From assembly GCA_964016885.1 (NCBI GenBank), contig OZ024744.1, forward strand, positions 66,030,001-66,094,000: a stretch of 64,000 nucleotides of DNA, written 5' to 3'. Positions within the stretch are counted from its first letter, which is position 1. Each line of letters starts with the position of its first letter. Below, piece after piece: positions 57,523 to 64,000 of the stretch. This stretch comes from Eledone cirrhosa (taxonomy: Eukaryota). The translations under genes were made by a program, and so were the position numbers. The notes beneath the pieces are model-generated. The model was not told the DNA's origin. It saw only the letters and a program-made list of their open reading frames with translations, and ran no database searches.

Positions 57523-57783
57523 ATATATATACACATACACACATATACATATGTATGCATGTATGTAATATATATGTATATACACACACATATATATATA
57601 CATACACACATACATACATACATAATACACACATATATATATATACATACACACACATTATATATGTATGTATGTAATATATATGTATACATATACATAT
57701 GTATATGTATGCATGTGAGTGTGTATGTATGTAATATATATGTATACACACACATATACATACATACATAATACACACACACA

Positions 57784-57816
<33 letters not shown>

Positions 57817-57925
57817 CTGTGTGTGTGAAGTGTGTGTATTAATGCTTAGTGATGAGTTCTATTACACCTAGGCCCTCTTTATCAGACGATACTGAGCACT
57901 CTTGTCATGTCCGTTAATATGACAC

Positions 57926-57956
<31 letters not shown>

Positions 57957-57959
<3 letters not shown>

Positions 57960-59413
57960 ATAATAATAAATTTGAAGACTAAAATCCAAAGAGGGCTCGA
58001 TAAGGATAAATATATATCAAATATATAAGAACCGTAGAGCAAATATTTATTAAAATAACAGATTAAAGTTTAAGCAAAGAATCGCTGCTTTCACAGGGTT
58101 AACCGCCAATAGTTTCAAGCAGCGTCTTTACATGCATACCCATTCTTTTCGTTACCCTCTAAGAAGGAATATGACGTCCCTTTCAGCTTATATCTGGAGT
58201 CTAAAAGACAACCACACCCAATATAAGTTACACTGGGAGATCCTAGCTAGGGCTAGATCGTATAACGGAAATAAAAGACCATGTGACCCCTGCGCCGCTG
58301 AGGCCCTGGAAATACTCTACGCCACAGACCACATCTTAAACAAAAAATCTGAGGCAATTTCGGCTTGTAAACATAAATTGCACAAACCTTTCCTGTATTA
58401 CAGCCCCACGTTATACCCTAACGGATAGTACGATCTATACGTGGATATTTTACGTCTTGATGTGGGAGCTAAGTATATGTTTTGTTTATTCCTTTACTTA
58501 TTTGCATAGGTAAGTATATATTACCCGTATGTTTTGTGAAGGTACGTATACCTTCTCGTACGTATATTTGATTGTTATGGCGTATAATTTTATTCTGGTA
58601 CATATGGTTTGGCTATGTGTATACGGGAGTTTTGCGTCTGTGTTAGTATGCAGGGTCGTACGTATGGCGGGTGTGTGTATATGCGTACTTCATGTTTTAG
58701 TTGACTTACGTCTCCGAACATTCGTGTATTTATATGTAGGTATGTGTGTGCGCTTGTTATATACGTATTTATTTATTTATATACGTTTATATAATTATTT
58801 ATTTATTTGTATACACGCATACACACACACACATATTTATATGTGCGTGGTTTTGTATACCTATGGTAAGTTTTCGCGTATGCTTGTGTATGTATGTATT
58901 TGTTTGCGTGTATGTATTTATTTATTTCTATTACTTCTGTATTGTATTTATTTACTTTGTTCTTAACTCTGTAGCGGAGATTCTTTTGGTGTCCTAGTTA
59001 GAATTTTAGTCTACGACTTCTGCTATACCATTTACGTGGTTGTGTCTTTGCGTGCTATTGTTCTCCACGCTCCACATATGACGTATTATCTTCGTTTTTT
59101 CGTTCATCGCCAGAGAACGTCTCTATGCACCACCTAAGAGAACTTTAGTCTATAACCTCTTTTATACCATAAACGTGGTTCTGTCTTTGCGCGTAATTGT
59201 TTTTCACCGCTCCTATTAATGACGTATTATTCGTTTTTCCCCGTTCTTTGCCAGCGAACGTTTCCACGAACCGAAGTATCGCCTTCCTGTCTTCCTCCGG
59301 TTGCAACGTTTTTTGAAATATCCAGTTCTGCGTTTACAGATTGACTTTGTTAGTTTCAGATGATCCCGTTAAGGGTGAAAGCAGCGATTCTTTGCTTAAA
59401 CTTTAATCTGTTA

Positions 59414-59421
<8 letters not shown>
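57957..59421 (+). mobile_element. 5'-truncated PLE (GIY-YIG C-terminus plus 3' region) with an inverted terminal piece
   Basis: FKQRLYMHTHSF...TSLSAYIWSLK...LHWEIL...PCDPCAAE...LNKKSEAISACKH. The inner end of 57957-58093 is the reverse complement of 59376-59421. (TA)n on both sides. Confidence 0.8.
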
Positions 59422-59456
<35 letters not shown>

Positions 59457-59993
59457 GTATGTATTTTTTACTCGCGAGTCAGTTCTTTCGTTGCTACGGT
59501 CCCCGCGGCTGAATTACCGGTCCCTATCTTCAATTTGCAAAGCCCTTTAAACTGTATACCTTATCGAGTGCTTAGCTGTACTTCTGAATGTATTCGTCGG
59601 CTTAGCTGCGGCTCGAGCTTCGAATATGCTGTACTTCCATTTGTATTACTATCTCCCAGACCTATTGATTAATTTAATTAGACAATTCTATCGAATGGTT
59701 AATTATTTGTTTGTTTAATAACGATCTGGTTGAGTGCTTAATTCAATTTGTGTACGGAACTTATTCCATTGCTCATAATTTGAATTTGACCGCCATAAAT
59801 CGGGTGTTAGCTCCCTTTGAAGAAACATGTGCTCTCACAACCGGACTGGCGTCAGAACGGAAGCCTGTTGAGAAAGTAAATCCACTGTTTGATCTTCCAG
59901 AACCTTAACTTGTAGGCGGATTTTGTAGATTCCGGATTTACAGAAACCTAACTGAGATATTGCACAAAATATCGAAGTTATGGTCCAGGTTTG

Positions 59994-60065
<72 letters not shown>

Positions 60066-60300
60066 ATACAATCTATTTTTAGAACCGTTTTGAATTTGAA
60101 TGTTAGAAACATCAACATACAAATATTTTTCCATCTCCAGGATTTACATACCCAACTTAGACTATTTTTCATATTCAAACAACGTTGAAGGTTCTAACTT
60201 TTAAATAAACACACCCACACACATACACACACTAGAAAGCGCACCCGAATACTGCCTAAAGTGTTATTCAACCTTACGGGAGTATATACAATTTAAAGGG

Positions 60301-60376
<76 letters not shown>

Positions 60377-61013
60377 CGATTAATTGTTTATGTTTGTTTG
60401 ATAACTTCTAGTTGAGTGCTTAATTCGGTTTGTGTAAGGGAATTTTTATTCCTTTGTTCCAAATTTTGGATTGACCGCCAAAATCGGGCGTTACCTCCCT
60501 TTGGGAAAACCAAGTGTTTGCTAGCAGCGCTTACTCTAGCATAAAACACCCGAGCGGACCAGAACGAAAAACTTGTGGACGAAGTAAACTCCATTGTTCT
60601 ATCTTCAAAAACCATTAACTTGCAGACCCCTACAAGTGGATTTTGTTGATTTCGGATTTACAGAAACCTAGCGGAGATATTGTGGATTATATGTGATGTA
60701 TATTATATGGTATATATTATGTGTTATGTATGATGTCGTGCGATGGTCCAGATTAGTCAAATGTTCCCTGAGTTCAGTCTTTTTCGTGGCTATGGTCACT
60801 GCGGACCTTCTATCGGTCGCTGTCTTCATTTTGCAAAGCTGTCTAAACGTAATGTTATAACTCTAGGGTTATACACCCTATCCAGTGCTTAGCTGTACAC
60901 TGAGAAAACATTCGTCAGCCTGGTTGCAACCATGGCTTCGTTGATGCTGTACTAAATTTTGTATATATATATACAAAATTTAGTACAGCATCAACGAAGC
61001 CATATATATATAT

Positions 61014-61058
<45 letters not shown>

Positions 61059-61119
61059 AGAGAGGGAACAACACGGGTCCTTTACTCCGTTGCTTCATTT
61101 GATATATATATATATATAT

Positions 61120-61204
<85 letters not shown>

Positions 61205-61819
61205 GATCCAACCACAATATTTAACTTTAACGAAATTCTTTAACGAAAGGGTGTTGAATCTCGGTGAGATTTGAACACATCATACAAAGAATATTTTGCC
61301 GGACGCTCTAACAGACGTGCCAGTCAACCGTCCTCACTCATGACGAAGACAGATATATAAAACAAACAACCGCCCTCCCCACGCCACACATACAATCAAG
61401 CACATATACATACAGTAATCCTTTAGTAACTTCTTAATCTCTTTAGGAAAACACTATTCATTGTTGAATTTGTTTAAGGCAGATTTATTGCCTGTACACA
61501 CACCCTACCCCAAACACATACATATATATATTTGTTGAAAATTAACAAACAAAACACAATAGGTAATTTTACAGTTATATTAGGTTCACACTTGGTGGAA
61601 GTGGAGGAGGTAAATATATATATATATGTGTGTGTATATGTGTGTGTGTGTGCGTATGACGCAGGCATACCTATGTGGTTAAGGAATTCGCTTCTGGTTT
61701 GATCCCACTACTTGGTTACTTTCACAAATATCTTCTATTACATGAGGGAAATTTGGTAAACGGAAATTGTAGAAGCTCATCGTGCGTGTGCATGTGTGTG
61801 TGTTTATGTATGTATGAAT

Positions 61820-62460
61820 GTCCAACAATTGGAAAAGAGAGTTTGGGCTAATCGTAACATTACCAACAATACCAAGGTGTGTGTGTATAGATCATGTGTT
61901 CTGTCTGTTCTTTTATACTCTGCCGAAACCTTAACGCTAAATTACTTGAACGTTTTCAGCAGAAATGTCTAAGGCGCATAGTCAACTTGAAGTGGCAAGG
62001 CAGAATTCCTGACATCCATGTCTTTATCAAAGCAGAATGTCCAAGCATTGAGTCCCAAGTAACATCTTCTAAAATGCGCTGGAAAGGACATATCGTCCGC
62101 TTGAAAGAAAGCAGAATCCCGAAGCAACTGTTTTACGGTGAGCTCCATCTTGGAAACAGGTCTCAGCACAAATCGAAAATGAGGTTCAAGGACAGCATCA
62201 GAACAATCTCAAAGAGCTGGCATTTGATAGAGACAACTGGGAGGAGATAGCTCTAAATATGGCTGAATGGAGAAAGCGCACAAAGTCATTTGCAAAACTT
62301 TTGAGGAATGTCGTCTAGAACATAAACAACTGAAGCGTCAGCTCCGGAAGAGCTGGCTCACAGTCTTGATGAAGTTATTAGTAATTGGACATGCAAATTC
62401 TGTCAACGTGTATTCTTCTCAAAAGCTGGTGCCATTAATCACCTGAACTCACATGAAAGG
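61820..62460 (+). mobile_element. RTE/BovB-like LINE 3' fragment
   Basis: LERFQQKCLRRIVNLKWQ...MRWKGHIVRL...RIPKQLFYGEL...RFKDSI. Confidence 0.8.
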
Positions 62461-63280
62461 ATAACCACCCGCAGCACCACTCAACAAAGTCTTGGCGAAA
62501 CAACTAAAACTAGTTCCGGACTAAAAATACACATTGTGGTACATAAAGATTGTGTCCAACAGGGTGACCCCCCACCAGTCCTGTGGAAAGCACAATTCTC
62601 TACTTTCACCTGTGTTGTAAACCCTGCAGATCTACAGCTGGTCTACAAAGTCATCTACGAAGTCATGGAAGCAGATGGGGTGACAATGAAGAATCAATTA
62701 AAGACGGCAATCGTCTGTGAAGACGCTGCAAGACTCATTTATGTCCACGTGTATATCCACATTCCTCACATGTAAGTGCCTTTTTCGAACCCTGTTCTGG
62801 GAGTAGACTAACACACACACATGCTTCAATGAAACCAAACGGACCGAGGCTGTCCATCGTAGTGATCGCATCACTGGCCACCTCCGTATAAATTCTTTGT
62901 TTATATTTCGCTGTAACCCAGTAGAGATTACTTAACCAAATCTTTAAAATCTTTTATGTTCATTCCACCTGATGGCATCGGCGATTGTCTTGTGTCATAG
63001 TCTGATGAAATACGTATTGTGCAATTGCGCAATTCCTGCACCAAAACACGATATAACACATCTTTGGTGGATAATGCGCATAACATCGAGTGCTTTGATT
63101 ATTGCATCACTATCTACTAATCAGAATAACACTGATTAGTTGAACCATCCAACATAAACTGTATGTGAAAAAAAAAATATATCTAGGGAGTGTAACTTGG
63201 AGTTACTGCAGGTTCACCCGGGTGAGCACTCGATGTTTAGGTTCACTTCTGTGTTGAAGTGTAGAGCTATACAGAGTGTA

Positions 63281-63430
63281 ATATATTGAAAGAATAACAA
63301 GGACGATTGGTTACTCCTTCCTTACATTTATTGGTAGGTGACGCGCGTTTCGCCACTGATCAGTGGCGAAACGCGCGTCACCTACCAATAAATGTAAGGA
63401 AGGAGTAACCAATCGTCCTTGTTATTCTTT

Positions 63431-63438
<8 letters not shown>
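63281..63438. repeat. 158-bp perfect palindrome from a PLE-terminus family
   Basis: Centred on ctgatcag (63359/63360); same family as 31936-32368. Confidence 0.9.
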
Positions 63439-63489
<51 letters not shown>

Positions 63490-63682
63490 TGTAGTTGTCT
63501 GTGTGTGTCCTCATTTTTGCAAAGTCTATACAAATCCACATTTCTACTCCGATTGACTTCAAACTTGCATTTATATATTCCTTGCGGTCTAAAGATATTA
63601 ACTGCAGCTTTTATTTTTCAATTTTGTGTTGTTAAAGGAGTGTTAGGCGCCGGTTATCTATCTCTGTCGCGCCCTTATAATA

Positions 63683-64000
63683 TACTAGCAGTAAAGCCCG
63701 GCGTTGCTCGGGGTCGCTCAGTAGCTGTGTTAAAGTTACAATGTTAAGTTTCTTTTTTGGCTTAAAAACTGTAGTGTCTACTGTGCAGACTTGCATGTGG
63801 TGTTTTTGATTAATATTCCCTCAACCAACAATATGCCTTATGAAGTTAAGAAAACATAACGATAACCCGAATGTTATAACAAAAGAGGATGCTGGGGATA
63901 AAAACTGCACTGGTTATTTATTAACAAAGATCGAACATGTAAACACTGCAACGCAGATAAAAACATTAGCGTAACCAAATTATCAGTTATGTCTGTCTGC
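63683..64000 (-). mobile_element. Helitron-like 3' end
   Basis: Minus strand ends cccgagcaacgccggg (hairpin) then ctttactgCTAGt. Confidence 0.55.

Overview
Repeat-saturated animal genomic DNA. The microsatellite density and SINE families suggest a cephalopod such as Octopus (inference). The only host coding sequence I can support is one 210-bp minus-strand exon of a KIF26-family kinesin (10993-11202), which appears to end at a GC splice donor. The rest looks intronic or intergenic: microsatellites, two tRNA-derived SINE families, MITEs, LINE fragments (Tx1/L1, RTE, R4/Dong-like) and many Penelope-like element (PLE) remnants. The main finding is a non-coding 310-bp tandem array (47441-50900) inserted in (TA)n. 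Each complete unit carries a minimal type I hammerhead ribozyme (CUGAUGA...GAAAC-GC-GUA) closed by a 16-bp perfect stem. The array flips orientation in the middle, forming a palindrome with ~1.39-kb arms, 4 minus-strand and 7 plus-strand ribozymes. This looks like a very young retrozyme-type (circRNA, rolling-circle) retroelement. About a dozen more hammerhead motifs from unrelated PLE-terminus families are scattered through the window, usually as fold-backs inside (TA)n. All structures were read by eye; degenerate repeat boundaries are approximate.
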